From: Octopus sinensis
Lineage: Eukaryota
DNA: 64,000 nucleotides
Reading direction: 5' to 3'
Assembly: GCF_006345805.1 (NCBI RefSeq)
Contig: NC_042998.1
Span: 21,080,001 to 21,144,000, forward strand
Part shown: one piece after another, positions 50,416 to 63,309 of the stretch
How the letters are laid out: each line of letters begins with the position of its first letter
How positions within the stretch are numbered: position 1 is the stretch's first letter
Notes under the pieces: generated by a model
Told to the model about the DNA's origin: nothing
The model's database searches: none
Seen by the model: only the letters and a program-made list of their open reading frames with translations
Made by a program: the position numbers and the translations under genes

Positions 50416-50913
50416 TATAATTTAAATATCAAACAATGATATACTCTGATCGGTGAACTCCTCAGCCTCAGCCTGATGGCAAGAACCAATAGAGGAGTAA
50501 AACTATGAGGGTATGGAGATATTCCTGAACCACATGTACTATTCCTTCTGTCCAATTCAATCACCCAAGGAAGCATTGGGTGATGCTGTTACATTTTGCT
50601 TTTACTTGAATGGTTTTTACCATTATCTCAGGAACCATCAAAGTTTAAAACCATTTTGTAAACATAAAATGCTTCTTTGTTTCCAAAATGTTGCCTTAAA
50701 GCCAGTTATTTATTTGAACATTAAATATTAATGTGATTCAGTTCGACATAGAGCAGACATTTGGTACACAAAAAATAATCAGTTACACAAATACGTTCAC
50801 AAATACCGCTATACATGTCAACACAATATTTTAGATAATGGTAGTTATAAACGCTTAGTTGTGAAAACTGCATTCAAATGTTGACCACAAATGTAGAGGT
50901 TAAATTTATAAAC

Positions 50914-51292
50914 AATTCATAAATAAGGGCAAACGAAAAAATTTCTAATGCCAAATATGCCGAAAAATTGGACATATTGTCCATTAACCATATAATTTTT
51001 TCACAATACGCACACTACTCGAAAAAAGGTCGACAGAAATTTCTAAAAAATTCCATTATTACCATATCGGACCGATTTCAGGGTTAGCTCATAAGAGCCC
51101 TCCCTTCGGGCTCTTATGAGCTAACCTGAAATCGGTCCGATATGGTAATAATGGAATTTTTTAGAAATTTCTGTCGACCTTTTTTCGAGTAGTGTGCGTA
51201 TTGTGAAAAAATTATATGGTTAATGGACAATATGTCCAATTTTTCGGCATATTTGGCATTAGAAATTTTTCGTTTGCCCTTATTTATGAATT
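50914..51292. repeat. Near-perfect palindrome, ~186-bp arms with a 7-nt loop
   Basis: Arms 50914-51100 and 51108-51292; only two single-base homopolymer indels seen. Confidence 0.92.
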
Positions 51293-51299
51293 ATATATA

Positions 51300-51399
<100 letters not shown>

Positions 51400-51410
51400 C
51401 TTATATAAAT

Positions 51411-52480
51411 TAGTTAGTTAGTTAGTTAATTAATTTGGCTCAAAAGCAAATAGCAAGGCCATGTAGGGGGACATGGAGTTAAGTACAGGGTGGTGTTCAT
51501 GTAAAGAGTTCAGGCCACTTGAGATCCAGGGAGGCTTTGAACAACGCGGTCGTCGGCATCTTCACCATCTCGTCTGGCAGCTTGTTCCACAGATCCGCAA
51601 CCCGGACGGAGAAAGCTCCTCTCCTTCAATTAAGATGAAATCGTCGCAGGTAGAGCTTTTCGGAATGACCCCGCAGCCGACGCTCTGGAGCAGGAGTGAA
51701 GAACAGCTCTTTCGAGAGGTTACACTTTCCGCTTATGATGTTGTGGGCGAGAATGAGATCACCACGGCGGCGGCGTTTTTCAAGAGGATAAAGGTCGAGC
51801 GTCCTCAGCCTTTCTTCGTAGGACAAATTTTTGAGACCATGAACCATGCGGGTAGCCAGCTTCTGGACTCTTTCGAGATGCTGTATGTCTTTGAGGAGAT
51901 AAGGAGAAGAGGCTTGAATCCCATACTCTAATATGGGTCTCACCAGCGTGACATAGAGTGGTAGGAATATGGCTGCTGTGAGCATTCCGAATGACCGTCG
52001 AATCAAGAACAGAATTCCGCGTGCTTTGTTGGCAGCATGGACGCACTGGGCCGAAGGCGAAAAGGAGGAATCCACCAAGATACCCAGGTCCTTTACCTGA
52101 TCGGTCCTCTCCAGCAGCAGACGACCCGGCTCGAAATCAAGTTGAGTTGCAGGAGGAGAGCCAACAGGCAGATGACAGCACTTTGACACGTTCAGACACA
52201 GGTCCCAATCGTTAGACCACTTCCAAATTTGGTGGAGGCATCGACGAAGATCCTCTATATCACCGCGAGGAGCGACCAGTTTGATATCGTCGGCAAATAG
52301 AAGGGTGTGTTGCGTGAGGTCGTCGGGCAAGTCATTTATGAAGACTAAGAACAACAAGGGCCCAAGCACTGAACCTTTAGGCACGCCACTGCTCGCACTG
52401 GAGACGTCGGACCGCGAACCATTAACTTGGACTTGGAAGGAGCGATCTGAGAGGAAGGCACCAACCCATATAAAACTATG
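51411..52480 (-). mobile_element. 5'-truncated CR1-clade LINE with (ACTA)n tail
   Basis: 288-aa ORF with SGVPKGSVLGPLLFLVFINDL, LFADD, VKDLGILVD and LEKRRRRGDLI; few disruptions. Confidence 0.92.
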
Positions 52481-52583
52481 GTTGCATAACAAACAAATAT
52501 AAGGTCATCCACGTAACATTTCATATCTCGAACATTTAATCACATAACGCTTTTTCCTAAAACAATCACTTTATATATATATA

Positions 52584-53090
52584 CTAGCAGTATCGCCCGG
52601 CGTTGCTCGGGTTTGTAAGGGAAATAACTATATAAGCATTTTTAGAGAGTTACTTCCCTTATAAATTCGGGCTTTCTTAGCCATTTTTGTTTTGGTGTCT
52701 TCAAGCCATGAAGTCGTTGTTCTAAAAGAACGCTGGTTTCCTTCACAACGCATTACGACGTTGATTTCTTTACACTCCCTTCCCCACAGCTTCACGGGGG
52801 AGGGAAGGGGGAGAAGCAAACACAGGTGCAGGTGTGACCATGGACGCCAACTCCGCCGCCATCGACATACGATGCATTTTATGCATTAAAATGGAATAAA
52901 AAATGATGTTAAATTATTTTTAAAATCGTAGACTCATCATTGACGCGCGCTAATAGCCAGACGGGCTCGATATGAATCACGACTATAAGATACCCGAATT
53001 TGGTTAAACTGCACCGCAAAATGTGGGAGGAGTTAGGAATCTAAATCGAAGGGGACAGACACTCACACAACTAGAGTTTTATATATATAT
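52584..53090 (-). mobile_element. Non-autonomous Helitron, longer variant
   Basis: 3' CCCGAGCAACGCCGGG...CTAG|T; carries an extra internal segment; 5' end merges into (TA)n. Confidence 0.8.
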
Positions 53091-53734
53091 ATATATATAT
53101 ATATGTAAGCGTGTGAGTACGTTTGTATGTATGTATTTTGCATATTCATGTGTTCGTGTGTGCATGTTTGTGCGTTTGTATGTATGTGTGCATGTGTGTA
53201 TGTGCGTATATGAATTACTGTGTGCACTTCTGTCTCTTCGTGTGTGCGTGTTTGAATGTGTCTGTATACAGGTTTGTGCATCTGTTAAGTACGGATGTGT
53301 GTCTCTATATGTGTCTTCGTGTGTGTGTATGTCTGTGTGTGTGTGTGTAGAGTGTGCATGTGTGTATATGGTCATGTGCTTCCGTCTCCTTTTGTGTATT
53401 TGTGTGTGTGTGTGTGTGTGTGCTTGTCTGTTCGTATTATCTATGTAATTATCTATTTACTTGCCTATCTTTTACCTACATATCCGTTTACCTACTTCGC
53501 ATAGTGGGGGTACGTTATTCATTATCCTAAGTCTGCTATCACTATGTTGATTTTCATGTTGTGTGAGAAAGCTGAGTTCTTGTGAAGAACATATTTAGAA
53601 ACTGTGGGTTTCATATAACAGGAGTGGAGGAGTTGCACTCTGTTGTTCTCAGTCTCTAACCAAAGTTCAATAACAAAAGTTCAAGGACAGGGAATCTATG
53701 GTTAGTGAGCTTAGTGGGGTAATCAATAGTTAAT

Positions 53735-54267
53735 AACAAAATAATAAATAAAACATATGCATCTATACATACATATATGTTCATACCTACATATATGTAC
53801 ATACCTAAAACTCTATGTATATATACATGCATATATGGGTACAGGACACCAAAAAAAACGTCGGAGACAATGAGAAACGAAAACATAAAAACAAAACCAT
53901 GGAAACGGATTTATTTTCAAACAACGGAAAAACAGAGTACAAGACATACAACACAAGGAATATTCCCCTTCTTCAGCTGCCCCTGCTTCGTCTGCTCCGT
54001 GTTGCCCTTACCTTCGAAACACGGAGTAGGCGAAGCAGGGGCAGCTGAAGAAGGGAAATTTTCCTTGTGTTGTATGTCTTGTACTCTGTTTTTCCGTTGT
54101 TTGAAAATAAATCCGTTTCCATGGTTTTGTTTTTATGTTTTCGTTTCTCATTGTCTCCGACGTTTTTTTGGTGTCCTGTACCTACATATGCATGTATATA
54201 TACATATAGATGTAGGCATGTACATATATGCATGTATAGATGCATATGTTTTATTTATTATTTTGTT
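53735..54267. repeat. Long imperfect palindrome (~260-bp arms) with a 13-bp flanking duplication
   Basis: Loop GCCCTTACCTTCGA at ~54004-54017; TAATCAATAGTTA at 53720-53732 and 54318-54330. Confidence 0.85.
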
Positions 54268-54494
54268 GTTATATGATCGAACGCCACGCATCCACTTCCA
54301 AGTAAGTTTTATCTTAATAATCAATAGTTACTTTGATCTTTGCTGGATGGAGTTAGCTGGATGCGGGGCACTCACCATTATGTTCTTCTCGGCTTCTACA
54401 TTGCAGTTACTAGAGTTTGTCCTAACAAGAATATTGATGTCATCTACATACCTACAGCAAAGCTAAACAGTTGTGGATTCTTCAGCTAAGGATT

Positions 54495-55150
54495 ACTCTT
54501 TTACTCTTTTACTTGTTTCGGTCCTTTGACTGTGGCCATGCTGGAGCACCGCCTTTGGTCGAGCAAATCGACCCCAGGACTTATTCTTTGTAAGCCTAGT
54601 ACTTATTCTATCGCTCATTCTTTTGCCGAACCGCTATGTTACGGGGACGTAAACACATCAGCATCGGTTGTCAAGCGATGTTGGGGGGGGGGGGAACAAA
54701 CACAGACACACAAGCACACACACACACAGAAGCACACACACACACATATATATATGACGGGTTTCTTTCAGTTTCCGTCTACCAAATCCACTCACAAGGC
54801 TTTGGTCGGCCCGAGGCTATAGTAGAAGGCACTTGCCCAAGGTGCCACGCAGTGGGACTGAACCCGGAACCATGTAGTTGGTAAGCAAGCTACTTACCAC
54901 ACAACAGCCATTCCTGCGCCTATATTATAGGGTATCTATATATATATATATATCTATATACATATATAAATATATATACATATATATATATGCGGCTTCT
55001 TTCAGTTTCCGTCTACCAAATCCAATCACAAGGCTTTGGTCGGCCCGAGCTATAGTAGAGACACTTACCCAAGGTGCTACGCAGTGGGAATGAACCCGGA
55101 ACCATGTGGTTGATAAGCAAGCTACTTACCACACAGCCACCCCTACGCCT
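54495..55150 (-). mobile_element. SINE family A, full copy plus a tandem 5' half
   Basis: Full copy at 54495-54920; partial at 54995-55150. Confidence 0.82.
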
Positions 55151-55760
55151 AGTTTTCTGTACCACCAGGTCATGAAGAGGCCAGTCACATCTCCAGCCAC
55201 AACGACGCCAATGGCTGCACCTTGACCTGCATATGTAGTTTCCTGTTAAACTGTACTACGTGGTTCTTCAAAGTGGTTCTTTTGTTATCCCCTATTGCAT
55301 GTGCAATCATTTTTTTTTTGCCTGATTGTTGTTCTCAGGGTCCAGGGTGCGTATGGTCCAGCCACTCCAGCACTCTGATGGTGGGCAGTCTTCCCCACTG
55401 TGGCCTGGTGGGGCGGAATCTACTAAGGTCATGGTTGTCTAGGTAGTTACAGTCATAGTTTAGTTTAAGGAGGAGGCCCAGTGCCCTCGAGTTGACTCTA
55501 CTTCACTCTGAAGGATAGTCTCAATGCATTTTCCCACAGCAAAATCTATGTCTGTAGATGGGTAGAGGGAAATTACATCCATACCACCCTCTACACAAGC
55601 TGCAAGGTCGTTGCAACTACTGATTCTACCGAGGAGATCTTCCGTACTCACACAGACATCCGAGGACATTTCAATGAGTGGTCGTAACATCTGTGAGAGG
55701 AAATAGGATAACCTACAATTGTGGAGATTCACTTCGCCATTTTTGCAACTGGAAATGTTT
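55150..55760 (-). mobile_element. Penelope-like RT fragment
   Basis: STEDLLGRI...MDVISLYPSTDIDFAVGKCIETI and GAAIGVVVAGDVTGLFMTWW. Confidence 0.7.
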
Positions 55761-55789
55761 TCAGATTTGTGAAGAAACAAGTTATACAG

Positions 55790-56130
55790 TAAAAACTGGA
55801 GTTCCATTTTTATTGCGTATCCTGATCGTCCCTGTGAATAAATCTCTGTGAACAACAGGGCGCAGCTTCTCTACTCCTGTTATATGAAATCCATAGTTTA
55901 TAAATTTGTTGTTCACAAGAACTCAGCTTTGTTACACAACATGAAAATCAACATACTGATAGCAGACATAGTTAGGGTAATGAATAACGTGCCTCCGCTA
56001 TGCGGACCCTATCAAATAATAAAGCATGTACAAAACTTCATACACTGCATGCAATTCTCTGGATATGACCAGAAAGATAGGAGTCATACACCGCATGCAA
56101 TTCTCTCGAGAAAACTGTCCTTGTGATAGT
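55790..56130 (+). mobile_element. Penelope-like post-RT fragment, inverted relative to 55150-55760
   Basis: YMKSIVYKFVVHKNSALLHNMKINILIADIVRVMNN...HCMQFSGY. Confidence 0.6.
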
Positions 56131-56609
56131 TTCATAGGTTGTATGGGTCTCACCATTATCCTTTTTTCTGCATATCTATTAAATTTGGCACTTAATGAAT
56201 AAGTGCCAAGTTTATGTATTGTTAAGAGATAACAATAGATAAGTTATCTCTTAACAAAAACTGCTGACTGCTTTTTTAAAAAAAAGCTCACAGCAGCTGG
56301 TGCTGTAGCTCTGGCGCTGATATAAAAGCCACAATCTAATCAGCATGAGCAGTCGTAACTTGTTTGTTTCGTTACAATACAATGAAGTCTATTTGCTTGA
56401 AGTATTCTGCACATTTGATACGATTTGACAATAAAAACATTTCCGTGTGGTTTTCCGTGATGAGATTTAATCGACAAGAATAGAGCATGCGCTGTATAAA
56501 GCAACATAGACAGTGGCTACCGTACGTTTTCCCACGAGGAAGTTTAGTGCGACAAGAACAGAATATGCCATTGATAGAACCACACAAACAGCACTTCTGC
56601 CGTTGCTAT

Positions 56610-57400
56610 AAATACCTATTTCTTTACTACCCACAAGGGGCTAAACATAGAGGGGACAAACAAGGACAGACAAAGGGATTAAGTCGATTACATAGACCCC
56701 AGTGCGAAACTGGTACTTTATTTATCGACCCAGAAAGGATGAAAGGCAAAGTCGACCTCGGCGGAATTTGAACTCAGAACGTAACGGCAGACGAAATACG
56801 GCTACACATTTCGCCCGGCGTGCTATCGTTTCTGCCAGCTCGCCGCCTTAACATAAATACGAGATATCTTAGAATAACTGTCTCAATTTCCCCACCCGCA
56901 GAAGTTTTATAAACAAATTTACAGGGGTCGATATAATCAACTTAATCCATTTCTCTGTCCTTGTTTGTCCACTGCATGTTTAGCCCCTTGTGAGCAATAA
57001 AGAAATAAGAATCGTTAGCACGCCGGGCGAAATGCTTAGCGGTATTTCGTCTGCCGTTACGTTCTGAGTTCAAATTCCGCCGAGGTCGACTTTGCCTCTC
57101 ATCCTTTCGGGGTCGATTAAATAAGTACCAGTTACGCACTGGGGTAGACATAATCGATTTAATCCGTTTGTCTGCCCTTGTTTGTCCCCTCTGTGTTTAT
57201 CCCCTTGTGGGTAATAAAGAAATAGGTATTTCGTCTACCGCTACGTTACGTTCTGAGTTTAAATTCCACCGAGGTCGACTTTGCCTTTCATCCTTTTGGG
57301 GTTGATAAATTAAATACCAGTTGCTACTGGGGTCGAGCTAATCAATTGCCCCCCCCCATCCCCACAAATTTCGGGCTTTGTGCCTAATGTAGAAAAGAAT
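56610..57400. mobile_element. SINE family C cluster: a minus copy then plus-strand tandem copies
   Basis: Minus at 56610-56850; plus at 56925-57400. Confidence 0.8.
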
Positions 57401-58564
57401 ATAATTTTCTACAGACATGTTGAAAGTATAACAGTTAAACACATACCTTGATTAACACTACAGTATTGAGAGTTTATTGGGAGCATGTGACCATGAGTCT
57501 GTTAAAGGTGTCTGAATCTAGTGGGAGGAAGGGAAGAAGTGAACAACAGGCCGGAAGCCTAACCGGAATGTTTACAGTGGAGTAAACTCTGCCGAAGTAG
57601 GGGTTAGATCAACTACCTAAGAGCAGAACCGGGTCCTTCTGGTAGGAAACCCATAGAGCTTCTATTTCTTAAATTTTACGCACAAGACTCGAAGCTTGGT
57701 TAATGGTATCTGAACAAATTGCTGTGGAGTAGGTTTGATTCTGAGACTATGCGGTTGCGAAAGAAACTATTGAACCACATTGTCATTCCTGTGTTCCATT
57801 ACATTGAGCAAGTTATCAGTTAATACTCTCTTTTACTCTTTTACTTGTTTCAGTCATTTGACTGCGGCCATGCTGGAGCACCGCTTTTAGTCGAGCAAAT
57901 CGACCCCGGGACTTTATTCTTTGTAAGCCCAATACTTATTCTATCGCTCATTCTTTTGCCGAACCGCTAAGTGACGGGGACGTAAACACACCAGCATGGA
58001 TGATACAACTTTCCATATCCAGTTCTAATACATGTAGCCTCTTTGTGCCTAAAGACAGAAAATCCAATATTTTATTTATAATTGAACTACAGAAATAAGG
58101 AGACTGTAGGCGGAACCCTTTTACCAATCAAGACTAATTCAGACCTCGCTGCTTCACTCCAGCGAAACAAACAAGATTAAAGGCGAAATGCTGGTGGCCC
58201 TGAGGCATCTACTGGTGATACAAGAGAATTTCTGATATAGCAATAGAGCCGGAAGAAGAGCTTGCAACAGTTTTCTCGTAGGGCAAAATATCTTTTATGC
58301 TTATTTTGCCTGTATTCCGCAGACATATAATCAAATCACTCTTTCTCTTTCTAAGAGACTATAAAATTTTACCTCAGACACAGCTGTAGTCATTAAGAGG
58401 TCAAATGATCAGATACAGACTCATTCACTGGTTTATTTAAGATCATGATCATCGTGATCACCATCATGATCACCATCATGATCATCATGATCATAATGAT
58501 TATCATCATCATCATCATCAACCCTAGGTTACCATGTTATTTCTTTGATTAATTCCTTTTTCAG

Positions 58565-58672
58565 ATCACCAGCCAGCAACAACATGTTGAAAATAAGATG
58601 ACAGCAGCAATTCTTGTCACTTTTTTCTGCTTTTTTCCAACGGGCATTGCTGCTATTTTATTTGCAGAGAAA
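58565..58672 (+). CDS. Intact exon-2 homolog of dispanin paralog C (ITSQQQHVENKMTAAILVTFFCFFPTGIAAILFAEK)
   Basis: tttttcag| acceptor and |GTAAGT donor, 108 nt, phase 0/0. AAILVTFFCFFPTGI is identical to gene A. Confidence 0.9.
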
Positions 58673-58689
58673 GTAAGTAAAATATATAA

Positions 58690-58960
58690 GCCTTTCTTGA
58701 AATAAAAGAATTAGACATACGAATACTCAGGAATCAATGAACTATATGCGATTACAATACATACAAATAAAAGAGAAGATAAGGAAGAAACACTAAATAT
58801 GAGTTAGATTAATACTTAAAACAGAACTCAATGTGAAAACAAGATGATAGGCATCAATACTTTAGCTTTCTCAGCTATAAGTTACAGTTACAATATTCTT
58901 AATTGAACACTCAAAAATGAACTAACCAAACTAGACAGAAAAACAGAAAAAAAAGGACAG
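58690..58960 (+). mobile_element. R4/Dong-like RT C-terminal fragment just inside the paralog C intron
   Basis: LILKTELNVKNKMIGINTLAFSAISYSY...ELTKLDRKT. Confidence 0.65.
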
Positions 58961-58989
58961 AATTTAGAGTACGACACCCAAAATCTGAT

Positions 58990-60060
58990 ATAGAAAGGTT
59001 ATATATACAACTGTCCAGTTTCAGCGGCTTCTCCATCGAGTCGTCAGCTATTGCTTTCCGTATATCGTCAGCTGTTATTGGTCTTTTGCAAACTTCCGCA
59101 TTACCACCCGGTGGTCGCGGCAGACTGTCAAGGTAAACAGTAAATTCTACCCCCGATGCCGGCCACCTGAAACAGCTGTAAGGCCACATGCATCTGCTTG
59201 GAATCGAGTAGCACATACCCCTTCCAATTCGTCAAGAACCAAATTGTGGCTTTACTGCTGCATTGTGCCTTTGTCACATAAGCGCATCGAACGGCTTTCA
59301 TTCCCTCATTCGTTAGAGCAGACTCTTTAGTTCTGACCTTGTGCTTAGCGTTGAAGAATAAGGCAATGGCAAATATCGCCGCTAGCACGTCAGTCGCAAT
59401 ATCTTTCCTAAGCTTCTATTCTATTTGGCTAACTAGATCTCTCTCTACTCTAGAACTTTATCATTATTTCCTCATCAAAGCATATAGATATCTAATCTGT
59501 TGCTCATTTCAGAGATAACCGCCATCGGTTTTTGACGATTGCTCCTATCAACTCCCTCTTCATTTTTTCTCAAATTTAGTGTCTGTAAACTTAGTGTGAC
59601 AGGAAAAACGCGTTCAGTTTCCCGTAACCGGGTACCTGTCTATGCAGCCTATCTTGATCGACCGCACAGACCGCAAATTGGTAGTCTGTGTATGTGACCG
59701 GTTTGAATTTTAGACAACAAGCTTAGCCCTATCGGCTGATCTACAGAATATTCTATCTAGATACGATCTGGATGACCCGTTGCTGTTTACCCATGTTAAT
59801 AAGGGTGTATTCGTGAAATTTAGACGGTACCTGTCACCCAGTTGGATACAACTGAGCAAGTGTCTGAGATTCTTACATTCCCTCAGCTATTAGCTAGCAT
59901 CACACAATCCATACATGCATACAGGGTTGAGTTCCATTCGTTCACTAGCACTAAAGAGCACGACGTTCCTAGAAAAACCTCCAGAAACCTGAAGAAATCT
60001 ATGATATCATCATGTCGGAGTATAAAGGGCTACTATACTGAAAGAATCACTTTCGTAATT
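58990..60060 (-). mobile_element. Tx1/L1-clade relic (APE and linker)
   Basis: 59775-60005 is homologous to 35565-35795; YLDSLPRPPGGNAEVCKRPITADDIRKAI linker. Confidence 0.7.
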
Positions 60061-60429
60061 GTTCCCATCCAGGATGACCAACCTACAGTCTGACCCTTCT
60101 GAAATGATACAGTAGCTCTACCTCCCAATCGACAGTTAGATCTCATATCTAATCTACTGAAAATGTACGCTCGGATATGTAGAACGGAAACTCAAGTATG
60201 GCTGGTGGTTACCACTTCTATATTAGTAACTTGAGATTGCTAATGCTTTGGTCCTGCTTCTAAGTTGACACCTGGTCATGTGCATTTACATTGCGTGTTC
60301 TGTTTGAGGTCATGACCGATGAAAGGAGGAAGGTGAGAAAAGATCACTTACCTTATTCTTATGGTTAGATAGTTTTTTTATCCCTCGGGTTGACTGTGAG
60401 TATTTCCACGAGCAGTCCTTTATATAATA

Positions 60430-61618
60430 CTAGCATTAAAGACCCGTCGTTGCCGGGTCATAGTGCTAGTGCATGTATATATGTGTATATATATATATGT
60501 GTACATATTACATGTACATCTATATATATATATATATACATCTACACATAAAATACAAAATACAAAGTTATATCTTGATATCGCTAGTGATAACAATACT
60601 CAAAATATATAACAGACTGGAATTGTTAGCCCGTCTCTTGTAATTTCGATCAATTGTATCTTGTCCACCCTCTTGTGTAGAAGTGTGGCTACAATCCAGC
60701 CTACCTATACTTCTGGGCGGGAGGTCATTTTAAATTTTTTTCCGGCACGTCCTACGTCCCAGATATAAAGGTAAAAATAAAATATTTCCACTTTGCAAGT
60801 TCGAGTCGAGTACTCCCTTGCACGCTCCGTTGACTCGAACATTGCTTCTATCGTGGCGAATTTACCGCCTCTGATTAGATACTTTTCATAGTCGCACCAA
60901 GACACTTTTCGAAGGTGCTTTCCTCCATGTGTTCAAATCTTTTTTCTCTACATTGTATACTTTATAGACAATAGTCTTTTCCTTAATTTATTTTTTTATT
61001 ATCCATCTGGACTATTCCATTTCTGCACGCTAATTTTATTTTTAATTTATTCCCATTCATGTGAAACCACTTATTCAAGTTCAAATCATTGATGCAATTT
61101 TATACCAATTGCGAATTTTTACTTTTGTTATGTTACGATTATATTATACTTTAGTTTGATTTTAATTATAACTTTCTACATATAATTCAATTGTTATTAT
61201 TATTTTTATTGTTAAAGTGAAAGTATCTGACATAAAATAGAGAAACGTTTTTGTTTCACTTTTAACACGTAATACTGAAATAGTGGAGAAGATATGATAT
61301 TGCTATGGGCTCGCTGTAGGCAAGAAGTTGAATATTTTTTTTGCCCATGAAACTACATGGAGCCTAAGTAAGCCATGTGTAAAATTTGAATGGAATTGGT
61401 TGTGTAGTTCTCAAGTTGTAGGGAATCGTAGTGGAGAAGATATGATATTGCTGTGGGCTCGCCCTAGGCAAAAAGTTCAAACTTTTTTGCCGATGACACT
61501 CCCCGGACCCTAAGTAAGGCATGTGTAAAATTTGAATGAAATTGGTTGCGTGGTTCTCAAGTTTTAGGGAAACACACAGACAGACAGACACACATTCTCA
61601 GTTTTATATATATAAAGA
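60430..61618 (-). mobile_element. Non-autonomous Helitron, second family, ~1.2 kb
   Basis: A|TCTTTATATATATAAAA 5' end; 3' hairpin GACCCG-gcaacga-CGGGTC then CTAG|T. Confidence 0.8.
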
Positions 61619-62251
61619 TTTTATTCATATTCTCTCTCAAGTCTCTCGCTCCGTTGGGGAAACTTTTTTTTTATGGCACAGCGAGTGCAGATGTTTCAGT
61701 GTTTCAGTGTCTTGTTCATCAGTGATGGAATGCAATAAGTTGAACTGGATGCTAGTACAGCATGTACAATAATGTGCCAGTTTCAGCATTCAAACCAGAG
61801 GAGAGTAGAAGTTCATAAAAAAATACTAACTTGCTATTTCCAGTTTCCTTTTCGTGTTTATTCTCACTTATGTTGAATGTTTGGTAAAGACCGAGAGAGT
61901 GTGATCACCTATACAAGCAACCAAAATTGGGTTACTTCAAAGAATCTCTGGGTTACATTAGTCGATAGCATGCGTAAGTCGTAATCAGTGTTTCTTGAGT
62001 TCGAATTCCTACTTCTCTACACTAAGAGTTCACAGCTCCCGTATTATGGGCGTATGATTAAAATGTGGTGCAAGAGAGATTCTTCAAACCGAGTCAACCA
62101 GGGTAGATCACGAGCGGTACATTAGATGGACACACTTGGGATTTTTGTTGGAAATCATAATGATGGCTGTCTCTTATAGGACCCAATGGAAACGGCACCG
62201 GACAACTGTACCTCGTGAGTCCCCAGGATTAGTGAGAAGCGAAGATGGATG

Positions 62252-62550
62252 GATGGCACATGGCCTAGTGGTTAGAGCAGCGGACTTGCGGTCGAGGGAT
62301 CGCGGGTTCGAATCTCAGGCCGGGCGATGTATGTGTTCATGAGCGAAACACCTAAGCTCCACGTGGCTCCGGCAGAAGGTAATGGCGAACTTTTGCTGAC
62401 TCTTTTGCCACAACTTTCTCTCACTCTTTCCTCCTGCATCTTGCAGCTCACATGTGACAGATCGGCGTCCCGTCCAGGTGGGGAACCTATATGCCAAGGA
62501 AACCGGGAAACCGGCCCTAATGAGCCAGGCATGGCTCGAGAAGGAACAAA
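62252..62550 (+). mobile_element. SINE with family B head and an alternative tail
   Basis: Tail ...ATGAGCCAGGCATGGCTCGAGAAGGAAC, as at 48113. Confidence 0.78.
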
Positions 62551-62949
62551 CATTGATGGATGGCACCGTATCTGTTTTGAGTGGTTCGGATGTCTTTATG
62601 TGATTGTGTGCGATTTCTTGGTGTGCTAAAATCATCCTGAGTCATATCGGTATATTGCTGTATGTATTTCACTAGTTCTATCTCATTTGTATTAATTTAC
62701 GGCAGTGTAATTAATCTACAATGTTTCTTAGCGGTTGTCCTTGGCTGGGCTGAGTCTATAATGAATTTTGCTAGTGTTTGTTTGTGATGTTGGTTGTCTC
62801 TGCGGTAGTGGTGGTGATTCTGATAGTGGTGATGGTGGTTGTGATGATGATGATGATGATAATGATCGTGTTGGTGTTGTTGTTGGATATGGTGTTAGTA
62901 TATCGAAGTGTGGAGGAATTTTTTGTTCGCTTGCACCTCCCAGCGTTTG

Positions 62950-63190
62950 CATGTGAAATTTTTCTTTCGTTATTTCTTAATTGTTACTCATTGCTGTTTG
63001 CTTTCTTCTCCGCCACCTTCACCATGTGTGGCGAAAAGTCTGCTGCCGGAAAAGCCCCCCAAAGAAAAAATAAACGAATTACTAGGTAACTAGAACCAGA
63101 ATAACCCTAACCCTAGACCTGTAGTGACACCACCAAAAACACCACCTAAAGCAAAATGCATAGAATGGACTAGAGAGGATTATATGTTGT
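62950..63190 (+). mobile_element. R4/Dong-like N-terminal fragment
   Basis: PRPVVTPPKTPPKAKCIEWTREDY; homolog of 47460-47560. Confidence 0.55.
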
Positions 63191-63309
63191 AAGCTTCCTA
63201 TACAACCCAGCTAAACCCAAACAATAACCACATTCCTTAAATCCTTAAATCCTTAAAAATGTTTTAGCTCGAAGGCGACGGCCATGCTTGGGCACCACCA
63301 CATTGTACA

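Noticed and set aside
53990-54065. Permuted hammerhead in the palindrome (GAAAC...CTGAAGA), also at 34100-34170
   Set aside because: Stem I cannot be paired next to a valid NUH site.
54280-54310. Strong donor CAA|GTAAGT as the end of a 5' UTR exon of paralog C
   Set aside because: It lies inside the TSD-bounded insertion and has no matching acceptor or expression support.
53777-54466. 229-aa ORF across the palindrome
   Set aside because: A by-product of the inverted repeat and low complexity; no recognisable domain.
56219-56257. Perfect 15-bp-arm hairpin
   Set aside because: Single, short and AT-rich with no family context; function cannot be inferred.
62728-62952. Ser/Pro/Thr-rich minus-strand ORF
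   Set aside because: Derived from GAT/GGT/GTT low-complexity repeats; no splice or homology support.
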